Below, one piece after another: positions 50,088 through 62,080 of a stretch of DNA of 64,000 nt. Location: contig OX597832.1 of the NCBI GenBank assembly GCA_951406725.2, forward strand, positions 41,912,001 to 41,976,000, given 5' to 3'. Source of the stretch: Octopus vulgaris. Lineage: Eukaryota. The notes under the pieces were generated by a model that worked only from the letters and a program-made list of their open reading frames with translations, made no database searches and was not told the origin of the DNA. The position numbers were made by a program, and so were the translations under genes. How positions within the stretch are numbered: the stretch's first letter is position 1; each line of letters starts with the position of its first letter.

Positions 50088-50468
50088 AATAATAATAATA
50101 ATGTTCGTCCTTCGGGTTCGAAGATGACCATTGATATCATTTGGTGGAATTGCTGCTATGAGACCGGAGGTGGCTGGTGAGGCCAATCCGGGCAAGAAAG
50201 CCCCTCCCACAAGTGGGGCAGAAGTGGGTAGGGGCTGTGCTATTGATGCAGGTGGCTCTAGCTTTCCGCATCTGGCATTTCTGTTCTGCTGACTGAATCC
50301 GTTTCTCCTCGGCTGTCTTTACTCCTGTGATGATTGCGCTGCGCCAGGATGAGCGGTCGGCAGCAAGTGTCTCCCAAGTCTCTGTGCCGATGGAGAAGTC
50401 TTTGAGAGAGACTTTGAGACTGTCCTTGAAGCGCTTCTTCTGCCCTCCGACTTTGCGTTGAGTAGACT
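50088..50468 (-). mobile_element. RTE-clade LINE 3' end with C2H2 finger and (TAT)n tail
   Basis: GGQKKRFKDSLK..WETLAADRSSWR..CPTCGRGFLARIGLTSHLRSH. Confidence 0.9.
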
Positions 50469-50702
50469 TGCTACGACCAGCACCATCACTATAGATAAGT
50501 ATCACCATTACCTGCAGGATTGCTTCATAGGTGGAAGGGCTGATATAGGTGTCAACAACCTGACCCTACAATAGGTCGTGCTAGACTTGCAACTAGCACT
50601 TGTGAGTGACCTGTTCTATTTCTCCTCATACTAAACTTATAACAAAGATTCTAAAGCTGTTTGTTTTATGTTGTTTCTTTTATCTTTTCTCTCTCTTTGC
50701 AG

Positions 50703-50775
50703 AAACCTTCGACATCCTTACCTGCTGCCACCCATTCTCCGATATCAAATGTGTCAAACATACTTCCAACGGCAG
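50703..50775 (+). CDS. SAP130: SAP130 coding exon (KPSTSLPAATHSPISNVSNILPTA, phase 0-1)
   Basis: Long pyrimidine tract + ttgcAG, donor CAG|GTAAAT; 73 nt keeps frame with both neighbours. Confidence 0.85.
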
Positions 50776-50965
50776 GTAAATCACCTACTGTAGTGTTTCT
50801 ACGTTTCTGTGTGCACGGTGGTCTGACAGCAGCGACTCGGCTGAAACTTTGAAACCAGTCAAACTTTCCTTGTAAAAATAATGCTTTGGCTGATCCATTA
50901 ATTAATAATGCTTGACTGTTTTACATATAACCACATATAAAGACAACATAACTATATATACTTAT

Positions 50966-51332
50966 GGCGCAGGAGTGGCTGTGTGGTAAGTAGCTTGCTA
51001 GCCAACCACATGGTTCCGGGTTCAGTCTCACTGCATGGCATCTTGGGCAAGTGTCTTCTGCTATAGCCCCGGGCCGACCAATGCCTTGTGAGTGGATTTG
51101 GTAGACGGAAACTGAAAGAAGCCTGTCGTATGTATGTATATATATATATATGCGTGTGTGTGTTAGTGTGTCTGTGTTTGTCCCCCTAGCATTGCTTGAC
51201 AACCAATGCTGGTGTGTTTACGTCCCCGTCACTTAGTGGTAAGGCAAAAGAGACCGATATATAAGCATGAATAAGTCCTGCGATTTGTGCTCCAGCATGG
51301 CCAATGACTGAAACAAATAAATGAGTAAAAGA
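50966..51332 (+). mobile_element. SINE family A
   Basis: Head and tail match family A. Confidence 0.9.
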
Positions 51333-51918
51333 GAGATATGCAATGATTTGATGAGTGGTGCTGAGTCACAATTCTCTGAATAATAATTATTTCGGAGATG
51401 TACTTGCATAGCGAGATGCTGCATGAAGTTTTGTCAGTGAACAGGTCGTGGTCTCAAAGCGACGAAAATATTTTGACAAATTAAATTTAAATGTTGAAGT
51501 GTATCTAACAGTTTTGTGTGTTTCTTAAATGGCTTACAAACACCTTCCACGCTGCAATAATTATTTCATAAGCTTAATAACCGATCACCATATATCAACT
51601 AAAAGAAATAGATTAATATTGGGGCAAATAAGCCCTCGACAGAAAAAAGTGGGTTTTCCTTTCTGTCGATGCCCCAATATTAGACTATTTTCATTCGTCA
51701 GTACACAGTGATCGCTTCTAAGCTTTATGCATATAAAATATTATTATTTACTGAATGCGTATGTGTGTATATTCCAGTGCTCCAAAGTTGTATGTAGATG
51801 TTATGTTTCTGTGTGGTATGCAGAAGGGTTGTAAAATACTGGAAAATATTCTTTGCAGAATAATTACATATCGAAACAGAAAATTGGAAAGACAAAATGT
51901 TGGTATTACTTATTCATC

Positions 51919-52249
51919 GTTGGCTCAGTGGTTAGAGTGTCAAGCTTACAATCATGTAGTGAGTTTGATTCCCAGACTGGGCTGCATGTTGTGTTCTTGA
52001 GCAAGACACTTTATTTCACATTGCTCCAGTTCACTCAGCTTCAGAAATGAGTTGCGACATCACTGGTGCCAAGCTGTATCGGGCTTTGCCTTTCCCTTGG
52101 ATAACATCAGTGGTGTGGAGAGGAGAGGCTGGTATGCATGGGCAACAGTTGGTCTTCCATAAATAACCTTGCTGGGACTTGTACCTCGGAGGGTAACTTT
52201 CTAGGTGCAATCCCATGGTCGTTCATGACCGAAGGGGCTCTTTACCCTA
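51919..52249 (+). mobile_element. tRNA-derived SINE, family E
   Basis: TGGCTCAGTGGTTAGAG A box, GTTTGATTCC B box, GTGTTCTTGAGCAAGACACTT core common in metazoan SINEs. Confidence 0.75.
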
Positions 52250-53046
52250 TACACGTGTTTTCTTTTGCTAATACGAGTTACAAACTTGTACATGTAGGAG
52301 AAACATGTAAGTCATCTCCTATTCGATATTTTTCAGACACTGCATTAAATGATGATGATGTGAAATGAACCTGTTGTATAAATATATATATGTGTGTATG
52401 TGTTAAAAGTTTTTTTTCTTCTTATTTCAGTGAGGGCTGTGGATGGCAGAATCGGTAGAGCGCTCGGCAAAATGCCTTCAGGTATTTCACTTATTTCATC
52501 TATGTTTTGAGTTCAAATCCCACTTATATTTACATTATTTCTTATCATTTCAAGCTTGATAAAATGCATGTTAATAAAATACTGAGATATTGCATGCTCT
52601 GAGGTGTGGCATATCGTGCACCTGTACAGGTAACGTCAATTTGATGGAAGGAGTGAGCTTGTGTGAGCACAAACATTTGATCACTACAAACAAATCATGT
52701 GTGTGGTTGTTCTGTAAGAGATTGCAGAACCCTTAAATGTTACCTAACAACAGGAAAGTTCATGATATATGTATGTATGTATCATTATCATCATATGTCC
52801 GTTATCCGTGCTAGCATGGGTTGGATGGTGTGACCAGAGCTGGCTAGCCGGAGAGCTGCGCCAGACTTCTGTCTGATTTGGCATAGTTTCTACGGCTGGA
52901 TGCCCTTCTTAATGTTAACCACTTTACAGAGTGTGCCTGATGCTTTTATGTGGCATCGCTATGGGTGCTTTACATAACCAGAAGGATCGATCTTAACAGT
53001 TTTGCTGTGGTGTAAGGGTCTTCTTGAGTATAGCCATATCTATATA

Positions 53047-53230
53047 TCATCATCACCATCATCGATTAACATCCGTTTTCCATGCTAGCATGGGTTGGAC
53101 GGTTCAACCGGGGTCTGGGAAGCCAGGAGGCTGCACCAGACTCCAGTCTGATCTGGCAGTGTTTCTACAGCTGCCAGATCAGACTGGAGCCTGGTGCAGT
53201 CTTCTGGGTTCTCAGACCCCAGTCCAACCC
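53047..53230. mobile_element. Family B copy folded back on itself
   Basis: Minus-strand tail 53047-53170, immediately followed by the same sequence on the plus strand 53171-53230. Confidence 0.85.
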
Positions 53231-53501
53231 TAACCCTAACCCAACATACATGAGAAATCTCAAATGTAAATAGATGCCATTATTTTTGAATGATTTATTT
53301 CTGGAAACAAAATGTCTTTTGATTGCATTTAAATACTTAATCTAGTATTTAGTAGACATGCCTTGTGCAGTTTTTAATGAATAAACCCGTTTGGGCATCA
53401 TAATGATGGGTAGTGTCTGCAGAGATAAAAGAGTATAATTAGGGGTGGTTATTTGCTTTTGTGGTGTCTCTCCTTCAATGTGTGATTCTGTGTGTTTTCA
53501 G

Positions 53502-53825
53502 TGACCATCTGTAACAACGTCGATGCTCTGAAGACGTGCAACACCATGAGTTCGAGCGGTGCATCCAACATCCATGTGCCGTTTTCGTCTCAGACCAGCG
53601 TCCTGCAGTTGGCTACCACGACGGTGCCCACGGTGGTGGAGACCTCTTCGACAAACCCTTCCATGTCCCTTGCTGCGAACTCTCCTGCATTTCGAAGCAG
53701 TGGTGTAGGAGGCGGGGGAGGAGGAGGAGGTGGCGGTGGAGGAGGAGGAGGGGTTGTGTCCACATGTGGTCAGTCAACACCAGGAGGGCACCATATGCCC
53801 ACATTTACTTCTCATTTACCCAGAG
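53502..53825 (+). CDS. SAP130: SAP130 coding exon (VTICNN...G15...MPTFTSHLPR, phase 1-1)
   Basis: ttttcAG acceptor, GAG|GTAAGT donor, 324 nt. Ends in SHLPR, which joins the next exon to give SHLPRGAAAA as in vertebrate SAP130. Confidence 0.92.
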
Positions 53826-53940
53826 GTAAGTCCACTATTTCAATTGTCTCTGTCTGTCTGTCTGTCTCTTTCTGTCATTTGCTTGTCGTTGTCCATCAAT
53901 ATATAAAACCTTCTGCTTAGTTGAACTCAAGTTAATTTCC

Positions 53941-54060
53941 ATCAAGAGTGATACCGGAATGGACACAGCCAATCTGAAAGAAGCGGCCCAGGATAGAACT
54001 GACTGGAGGACACTGATCCACCGAGTAACCGAGAGTCGACTTCGACTGAGCGGATAGATA
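53941..54060 (+). mobile_element. RTE/BovB-like LINE extreme 3' end
   Basis: IKSDTGMDTANLKEAAQDRTDWRTLIHRVTESRLRLSG*. Confidence 0.75.
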
Positions 54061-54496
54061 GTCCATTGTTGCCATAGATTGCCTGTGCATACATAAGAAT
54101 TAAAATGTCTTTTATATCTGTACATTATATTGTGTATGTGTGTGAAGGCATAGCCATGTAGCTGAGAAGCTTGATTCTGAAATGTGGTCTTGGGTTCTGT
54201 CTTACTGCACAATGCCTTGTGAGTGGATTTGGGAGGTGGAAGCTGAAAGAAGCCTATCGTGTGTGTGTGTGTATACATTTTATGTGTATTTACATTTGAA
54301 CTTCTTGAATTGCTGAGCTACAAGTGGTGATGTTCTTGTTGTTTCTTCTGTCAAGAAATCATTTACTGACTTTGCACCTTTGAAGTCTTGTGGAATAAGT
54401 TCCTTTACTTTAAAAATAACAGGTATGTTTTAGCTATAGGAAGGGTATCCAGCAGTAAGACATTGACTATATATACATATATATATATATGTGTAC

Positions 54497-54653
54497 ATAG
54501 GAATGGCTGTGTGGTAAATAGCTTGTTTACCAACCACATGGTTCCGGGTTCAGTCCCACTGCATGGCACCTTGGGCAAGTGTCTTCTACTATAGCCTCGG
54601 CCAACCAAAGCCTTGTGAGTGGATTTGGTAGACAGACTGAAAGAAGCCCGTCG

Positions 54654-54688
<35 letters not shown>

Positions 54689-54935
54689 CTGTGTTTGTCC
54701 CCCTAGCATTGCTTGACAACCGATGCTGATGTGTTTATGTCCCCCTAGCATTGCTTGACAACCGATGCTGTTGTGTTTACGTTCCCGTCACTTAGCGGTT
54801 CGGCAAAAGAGACCGATAGAATAAGTACTGGGCCTACAAAGGAATAAGTCCCGGGGTCGAGTTGCTCGATTAAAGGTGGTGCTCCAGCATGGCCACAGTC
54901 AAAATGACTGAAACAAGTAAAAGAGTAGAAAGAGT
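54497..54935 (+). mobile_element. SINE family A with internal ~42-bp tandem duplication
   Basis: GTCCCCCTAGCATTGCTTGACAACCGATGCTG occurs twice at about 54697-54780. Confidence 0.9.
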
Positions 54936-54944
54936 ATGTACATA

Positions 54945-55131
54945 CAAGGGGGGTGCTGTAAAGTTCCTGGCTTTGGGTAAAAGAAAATACATTCATTCCC
55001 TAATCAGATTCACAGTTATTGCCATGGTTGTTCAGTTTTTCTAAGCCCTGTAAAAGAACTCAGAAGGTTGAGCCTCCAACCAGACCTTTCACGACATCCT
55101 TAAAACCAGGAACTTTTGCAGTACCCCCTTA
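54945..55131. mobile_element. Tc1/mariner MITE
   Basis: TA|CAAGGGGGGTGCTGTAAAGTTCCTGG is inverted to CCAGGAACTTTTGCAGTACCCCCTT. Confidence 0.8.
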
Positions 55132-55323
55132 TGTGTGTATGTATATAATGTGTATATATATATATATAATGTGTGTATGTATATATATATATATATCTAT
55201 AATGTTCTATATAATCTCTGTTATATATAACACAGTTCTATGTTATATATAATGTAGACGCATATATATAAAACCTTCTTAGTTGAACTCTCGTTAATTT
55301 CTGTTTCCAATTTGTGTTGCCAG

Positions 55324-55582
55324 GTGCAGCTGCTGCATCTGCTCTGTCTGTCCCGAAACCCGGTTCCAGCATGTCGGCCGCTGCTGCCGCCACAGTGATG
55401 CGTCCCAACCAGCCTTCGCCCATTCTCAGCAACACCAACGTCTTCTCTCAGATGAACCGGAACTCTCTAATTTCAACGATAAAGCCCACAACCCCTACAG
55501 TTACAGGTCCACGTGCGAACCAGCCCAGCATGGCAGGGGCAGCACCCACCTCGCAGATCATTTTGCGATCAGAAAAACCAAG
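55324..55582 (+). CDS. SAP130: SAP130 coding exon (GAAAASALSVPKPG...ILRSEKPR, phase 1-2)
   Basis: ttgccAG acceptor, AAG|GTATGC donor, 259 nt; completes the conserved SHLPRGAAAA motif. Confidence 0.92.
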
Positions 55583-55648
55583 GTATGCTTTGTTGAGGGT
55601 TTTTTTTTTTAAATATATTTTTTTACATTTTTTTCTTCATCAACTATA

Positions 55649-56010
55649 GGCGCAGGAGTGGTAAGTAGCTTGCTTACCAACCACATGGTCCCGGGTTCAG
55701 TCCCACTGCATGGCACCTTGGGCAAGTGTCTTCTACTATAGCCTCGGGCCGACCAAAGCCTTGTGAGTGGATTTGGTAGACGGAAACTGAAAGAAGCCCG
55801 TCGTATATATGTATGTGTGTTTGTCCCCCTAGCATTGCTTGACAACCAATGCTGGTGTGTTTATGTCCCCGTCACCTAGTGGTTCAGCAAAAGAGACCGA
55901 TAGAATAAGTACTGGGCTTACAAAGAATAAGTCCCGGGGTTGAGTTGCTCGACTAAAGGCGGTGCTCCAGCATGGCCGCAGTCAAATGATTGAAACAAGT
56001 AAAAGAGTAA
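55649..56010 (+). mobile_element. SINE family A
   Basis: Head and tail match family A. Confidence 0.9.
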
Positions 56011-57196
56011 CTAAACAACTTTGCCAGGTCCATAGCAGTTTCAATGACCACTTGGAGCTGTCACATTATTAATGCCTCTACTTCTATTTTTTAAAATTAC
56101 TCTTGGTTGCTTTTCATTGCACTTCCTCCTCACATGACTACTCGATCTTACACTATTTTCCACTTCCCTTGTTACTCTTTTTCTTCTCGTTCTTTCTTTG
56201 TTACCCTCTTTTACTACTTTCCTCTCTCCTTCTATTGTTTAGCTCTTTTTTTTTTCTTCGATATTTTGACATTATTAAGGTGGCAAGCTGGCAGAACCAT
56301 TAGCATGCTGAGCAAAATGCCTTGTGGTATTTCGTCCGTTTTTGCATTCTGGGGTTCAAATTTCACCTAGGTCAACTTTGCATTTCATCCTTTCGGTATT
56401 GCTAAAAAATGTACCAGTTGAGTACTGGGGGTCAATGTAATCAACTTACCCTCTCTCCAAAATTGCTGGCCTTGTGCCAGAATTCGAAATCAATATTTTG
56501 GCATTATATTAGCTTATGCAGCTAATTATACTCTTATCACTCTCGTCTCTCTATTATCATTTGCTCTCTCTCTTGTTGCTGTTGTTATCTGTAAAAACTT
56601 GGTAGATAGGTAAATTTGTTAGTGTTGGACAAAATGCATTGGCTGCACCCCCCCCCCACCGCCTTTCCACCTGCTTTCATGTTCCGAGTTCAAATTCTCT
56701 CAGGTCAGCTTTGCTTTCTGTCTCTGAGGTCAGCAAAATAAAATACTGGAGCCAGCAAACCTCCTCCCTTTCCAACATTTTTGGTGTTGTGTGCCCTACG
56801 CTAGAAACAACAATCTATACTTCCCTTTATATCATCATTTACCCACCTGGTTGTTATTGTCAACACTTCTCTCCAAATTACAAAAAAAAACCCTCTACAC
56901 TTCTGAAAATTATCTGTCTTCTGTGTTATCTCTTTTTCTTTATATTATCTTTCCTCTCTGTTTTCGTTATTATCTAAACTTCTCTACATTACTATCTTTT
57001 GCTCTCTCTCTCTCTCTCTCCCCACACATTGATATATTTCTTTATTAAAAGATATATTACTTCTCTCTCTCTATTTATTATCTATCCTCTCTGGTCTTTC
57101 CTACACATCTTCACATTTGTTTCTTAATTTTTTAATAGTCAACATCTTCTTTCACAGGATTGAAAAACAACCCAAAAAGCACAATTTATTTTTCAG

Positions 57197-57462
57197 GCAA
57201 AATATGCCTGTGTACAGTGACAGTGCCGCTGTGGTTACTGCTGCTCAGTCTACAAACTCCAACATTCACATCACCCTAAAGAAGAGGAACACCACTGATG
57301 CCACTAAGTCGCAGGTGATGTTTAGCCACGGGCAGGGCAAGGCCCTCCCTGTCAACCCTAGCATTTCCCATTCATCACCGACAACTGCAACGGCTGTCGC
57401 ATCAAAGATGATATCTCAAGCATCCTTAACTCCTCTGGCACCAAATATTGCCATAAAACCAG
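57197..57462 (+). CDS. SAP130: SAP130 coding exon (QNMPVYSD...NIAIKP, phase 2-1)
   Basis: tttttcAG acceptor, CAG|GTCTGT donor, 266 nt, frame-consistent. An in-frame alternative acceptor would start the exon at 57158. Confidence 0.87.
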
Positions 57463-57806
57463 GTCTGTATTATAAGAATTTTTTTTTTCTTAACCTTCTC
57501 CTCTCTCTCATCTAAGGCAAAAAAATAATAATAATGCCCCCCCTCCTATCCTTTGTTAATATTTGTCACTGAATGCTTATTCTTGAATCTCTCTAAAGGC
57601 GCCTCTATGTGACTGTCTGACCTGCTAGAAGTAGCAGCCATATTTCCCTGGAATCACATCCAATTTACTTAGTGTATCTAGCACTGCGTTATCAAGTATG
57701 CTTTTCTTTCCTTTCTGACAAAAAGAAAGAATGGTCAGTGTTAGAAAACCTGGAATCTTGGTACCCACCCAGTCAGATCTGGCCTAGAATTAAACAGCAA
57801 CAACAG

Positions 57807-57945
57807 TGGAGGCGCAATGGCCCAGTGTTTAGGGCAGCGGGCTTGTGGTCGGAGGATCGATGTTTCGATTCCCAGACCGGGCGTTATGTGTGTTTATTGT
57901 GTGAAAACACTTAAAGCTCCACGAGGCTCCGGCGGGTGGGGAGGG
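57807..57945 (+). mobile_element. SINE family D head, followed by a family B fragment
   Basis: Matches the head at 38850. Confidence 0.8.
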
Positions 57946-58403
57946 GGTACTGGCAATGACCTCGCTCGAATCTTTTTACACATGCTACCAGCACAGGTGT
58001 CAGTAAGGCGACGTTGGTAAGATCACGCTCGAATGGTGCCCTTTTACGTGCCACTGGCACGGAAGCTGGCTGCTCTATTGACATTGTTTTGAATTTATCA
58101 TGCATTGTCTTGTAGCTTTGAGATTACAATTGTGGGATTGTTTACTTTTAAAATGATGCTGTAGGATAGGTGCAAGAGACTAGATCTGGTCAATTGGAAT
58201 ATAAACCAGGAAGATTACTTTGGACAGATGCTGCCAATTTAAGTGCCAAAGGTCTAACGTTGCTTCTGTATTTTGTCTTGGTTAAAATAGCATTTGCCAT
58301 TGTTAAAATTTCTACAGTTGTTATGTGATATGTAAGAATTGATTTATAATTCAATACCAAAAGCCTGACCATGGCCTACGGGTCACATTTGATGTTGTTT
58401 CAG

Positions 58404-58487
58404 GTGGTGCTAAGTGGGGTACTGTTAACCAGTTAGTTGATCTGACCAAGGAGGCATCGAAATCTATGGCTACCAAGACTTTAGCAG
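58404..58487 (+). CDS. SAP130: SAP130 coding exon (GGAKWGTVNQLVDLTKEASKSMATKTLA, phase 1-1)
   Basis: gtttcAG acceptor, CAG|GTAAGT consensus donor, 84 nt open frame matching neighbouring phases; too short for the ORF track. Confidence 0.8.
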
Positions 58488-58559
58488 GTAAGTGAATCTT
58501 CATTATTTTATCTCTTTTTGTAAATCTGAACAATTTTGTATGTGTGTTGTGATATAGAC

Positions 58560-58978
58560 AGATATGGCCGTGTCGTTAAGAATGCTGCTTTGCAAGTATT
58601 TGGTTTTGAGTTCAGTCCCACTGTGTAGCACTGAGGCAAATGTCTTTTACTATAGCCCCAGGCCAGTCTATGTCTTGTGAGTGAATTTGGTAGTTAGAAA
58701 CTACCAAATAAGCTTATGGAAGCTTATTGTGTGTGTGTGTATACACACACACACACACACACATATATGGTTCTGTGTGTGTATGTCTTTGTACTTGCCT
58801 CCCACCCCACTGCTCACAACTAGTGTTTCTTTACATTCCATAACTTAATTGTTCAGCTAAACAGACAACTACAATATGTACCAGAATAATTACTGGTATC
58901 AATTTGTTCAACAAAAACTTTTCAAGCTGGCGCCCCAGCATGGCCACAATCCAATGACTGAAACAAATAAAAGATAAA
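58560..58978 (+). mobile_element. SINE family A, diverged
   Basis: Degenerate head, CA microsatellite core, CCCCAGCATGGCC...TGACTGAAAC tail. Confidence 0.75.
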
Positions 58979-59695
58979 GCTCTGTGGAACTAGAGTACTA
59001 TCTACTCATATAAAATCGACAGTGTTTCTTCCTTCTCTGTCTGTTTAATCTCTGTGGCCCCTGACAATGCATATGAAAACAATCACCTGCTATGATACTT
59101 TCAGTTTCACCTTTGAATTTCATAGAAACACTGACAGATAACGGTTTGATGATTTGTAAGTGTTTCTTTATTGTTTCTCTTCAAGTATTGTACTTTCACT
59201 TTGCATTTCATGGAAACCCTATCAGTTCACTTAAATTTAATCAGAAAAACCTGTTACAAGATATGTATGAGGTAGTGGTGGTGGTGTTTATATAACTGGT
59301 TATAGGATTCCCATGTCATCATTTCATGAAGAAGTTGAAATGAAATGATGACAAGGGAATCCTTGTACAAGAAGCCGACTCAACCCGCCCAGGGTGAATG
59401 TCGCCACAAGTACAAGTAAGTACTTGTCATCATTATTAGAAACTTGTACAAATGCAACTCAGCCTTCTTGTTATTATTATAACACTGCTTTTGCAAACAC
59501 CCACATGTAAATGTTCAAGCTAGCCATATGTGACCCTACAGTGTCTTTTTAAGAATCTACACTCACATCATCAAAATCTTGAAGCTACAATATAACGCAT
59601 GATAAATTGAAGACAATGTGAATATACAAACATTACGTTCAACAGAATAGTCTGAATGCCAAAGGGTTAATTGTGAAATTGTTTTGTCTCAACAG

Positions 59696-59812
59696 CAATC
59701 AGCATGCCCAACCAACCAGCTGCCACGTCCAGCAGTTCTGTTACACAAGCTGCCGCAGTCTCAACCACAGCCACAACGTCTACGACATCAATACCTTCAT
59801 CCATACCAATTG
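59696..59812 (+). CDS. SAP130: SAP130 coding exon (AISMPNQP...IPSSIPI, phase 1-1)
   Basis: tcaacAG acceptor, TTG|GTGAGT donor, 117 nt. Ends in IPI, joining the next exon as IPIAKVTPQ (vertebrate IPVAKVVPQ). Confidence 0.9.
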
Positions 59813-60727
59813 GTGAGTATCCGTCTTACTGCTTGCGACTTTTATTGCCACGTGAGTTAACATACACATCCATATCTTGGAGTCACCAACCGCAACAAGA
59901 ATCAGCATAATCGTTGTTTTAACATCCACTTTTCTATGCTTGCATGGGTCAGAATTTGTTGAGGTAGATTTTCCATGACTAGGTGCCATCTTGTCACCAA
60001 CCCTCACCTGTTTCCAAATTCCAAATAAGGTAATACTTTACCATGACCAGTCATGTTTTTCATGGAAGACTGGAAGCAAAGGGCACTGCTTGTATGATGG
60101 GGACATTTATGACAGTCACATAATGTCAGGACCAAGACACACAGCTCTCTCTCTCTCTAACACACACGCACATACATACATAGATACATATATACAATGT
60201 GTTTTCTTCAGTTTCCATCTAACAGCTTTGGATAGCCAGGAGCTATTCTAGAAGACACCAGAACATATGATGATGTTGTTGTTGTTGTATAGCTGTGATC
60301 CAGTCTAAGTGGTGTGTGTAATGTGTTTGGCACTAAGGATCACTTTTCAAGTACCATGTTTAGCAACCTCTGTGTTTGTTGTGGATTGGTTTGTGCTGAG
60401 TTAAATGCAGCAACAATGATATAGAATATACAGTGTCGTCTTCATCCAGAGTTAATAACATGTATAGTATACAGTTTAGCCCTAGGTCAACTAAGACAAT
60501 ATGATATGACTTAGTTGCTATCTCTATCAAAATTTGAAGTGTGTGGAGGTTCCTTCATTTGCTCATGCACAACAGGTTCAGTCTTCTGGAAAATCTGTTT
60601 GTTGACCTCTGTATTGTAGGTCAGCTGCCATGGTTGAACTGTGACACGGTTGATCTTGTTATTGTGTGTATGTTACGAGTATTTGATTTCTTGGAATGTC
60701 TAAAAAATGTATTTCTTTCCCCTTCAG

Positions 60728-60989
60728 CCAAAGTGACCCCACAGCGTCAACAAGCGTCATCACACATTACGCAGGCTGCAGCGGCGGCAGCTGCAGCAGC
60801 TGTGCACCCCATAAACCAGGAAACGCGATCTGATAGCCAAAGTCATGGTCAACCAACCCAGACTGCTGCCACCAACAACTACTTCATCCCTGCCCAGGCC
60901 CCAAGAGCATCAGCAGGTTGTACTTCTTTGGCCACCACCATATCAAGTGGCAACCCTACTGTTACACACACTGACAACAGACAAGAAGG
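60728..60989 (+). CDS. SAP130: SAP130 coding exon (AKVTPQRQQ...A9...TDNRQEG, phase 1-2)
   Basis: ccttcAG acceptor, AGG|GTAAGT donor, 262 nt; AKVTPQ and ETRSD resemble vertebrate SAP130 motifs. Confidence 0.9.
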
Positions 60990-61087
60990 GTAAGTGAGGT
61001 TTTTTTTTTTAACCCTTTAGCATTTAAACCGGCCGTATCTGGTCCCTGGCTTCTCACACCTACCCTACAATGTCATTCAAAAAATAT

Positions 61088-61395
61088 ATCATCATCATCG
61101 TTTAACGTCCGTTTTCCGTGCTAGCATGGGTTGGACGGTTCGACTGGGGTCTGGGAAGCCAGGAGGCTGCACCAGGCTCCAGTCTGATCTGGCAGTGTTT
61201 CTACAGCTGGATGCCCTTCCTAATGCCAACCACTCCGTGAGTGTAGTGGGTGCTTTTTACGTGCCAGGCAACGGCCACAATCGGTTGGTGCTTTCTACGT
61301 GCCACCGGCACAGAAGCCAGTCAAGGCGGCGCTGGCATCGGCCACGTTCAGATGGTGCCTTTTACGTGCCACCGGCACAGGGATCACAACTACAA
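61088..61395 (-). mobile_element. Family B, inside piggyBac-like MITE sequence
   Basis: Reverse-orientation tail and modules. Confidence 0.85.
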
Positions 61396-61524
61396 ATCTT
61401 TTCTAATATCATTTAACCCTCTAGTATTTGGATTACTGTCAAATGTAACATTCATTCATTCATTCACATTGTTTTAAAATCAATCCTGCATTATCTGGTA
61501 GTTTTGAGATTTTGATGAATGTGG

Positions 61525-61933
61525 TCGATGCCAACGTCACCTTGAACTGCTTCTGTGCCGGTGGCACGTACCTGCTGTGCTTGAGGAGAGCTATTGAGTC
61601 AAGTACATCAACATCAAAATAAATATCAAATGAAAATTGTAGTTGTGATACCTGTGCTGGTGGCACGTAAAAAGCACCAACCGATCATGACCGCTGCCAG
61701 CCTCCCCTGGCACGTAAAAAGCACCAACCAATTGTGGCTGCTGCCAGCCTCCCCTGGCACGTAAAAAGCACCCACTACACTCACAGAGTGGTTGGTGTTA
61801 GGAAGGGCATCCAGCTGTAGAAACACTGCCAGATCAGACTGGAGCCTGGTGCAGCCTCCTGGCTTCCCAGATCCCCAGTTGAACCGTCCAACCGATGCTA
61901 GTTTGGAAAACGGACGTTAAACGAGGATGATGA
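61525..61933 (+). mobile_element. Family B with tandem modules
   Basis: GGCACGTAAAAAGCACC three times, then the tail. Confidence 0.85.
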
Positions 61934-62080
61934 TTTGTGTGTATGTGGCCATTTTTCTGTGTTGGCATGAGTTAGACAGAACTTCTGTGGCCAGATGTGC
62001 TTCTTGTTGCCAACCTTTTATGTGCTGATACATAACATTATATGAATTATGATTTTGTTTTGTTTTGTTTCTTTTGACAG

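Noticed and set aside
50137-50508. C2H2 zinc-finger gene
   Set aside because: The single finger is the C-terminus of an RTE LINE ORF with a (TAT)n tail.
61640-61780. Repeat-spacer pattern (GGCACGTAAAAAGCACC) resembling a CRISPR array
   Set aside because: Spacers are homologous to each other, the unit is internal to a dispersed eukaryotic retroposon, and there are no cas genes.
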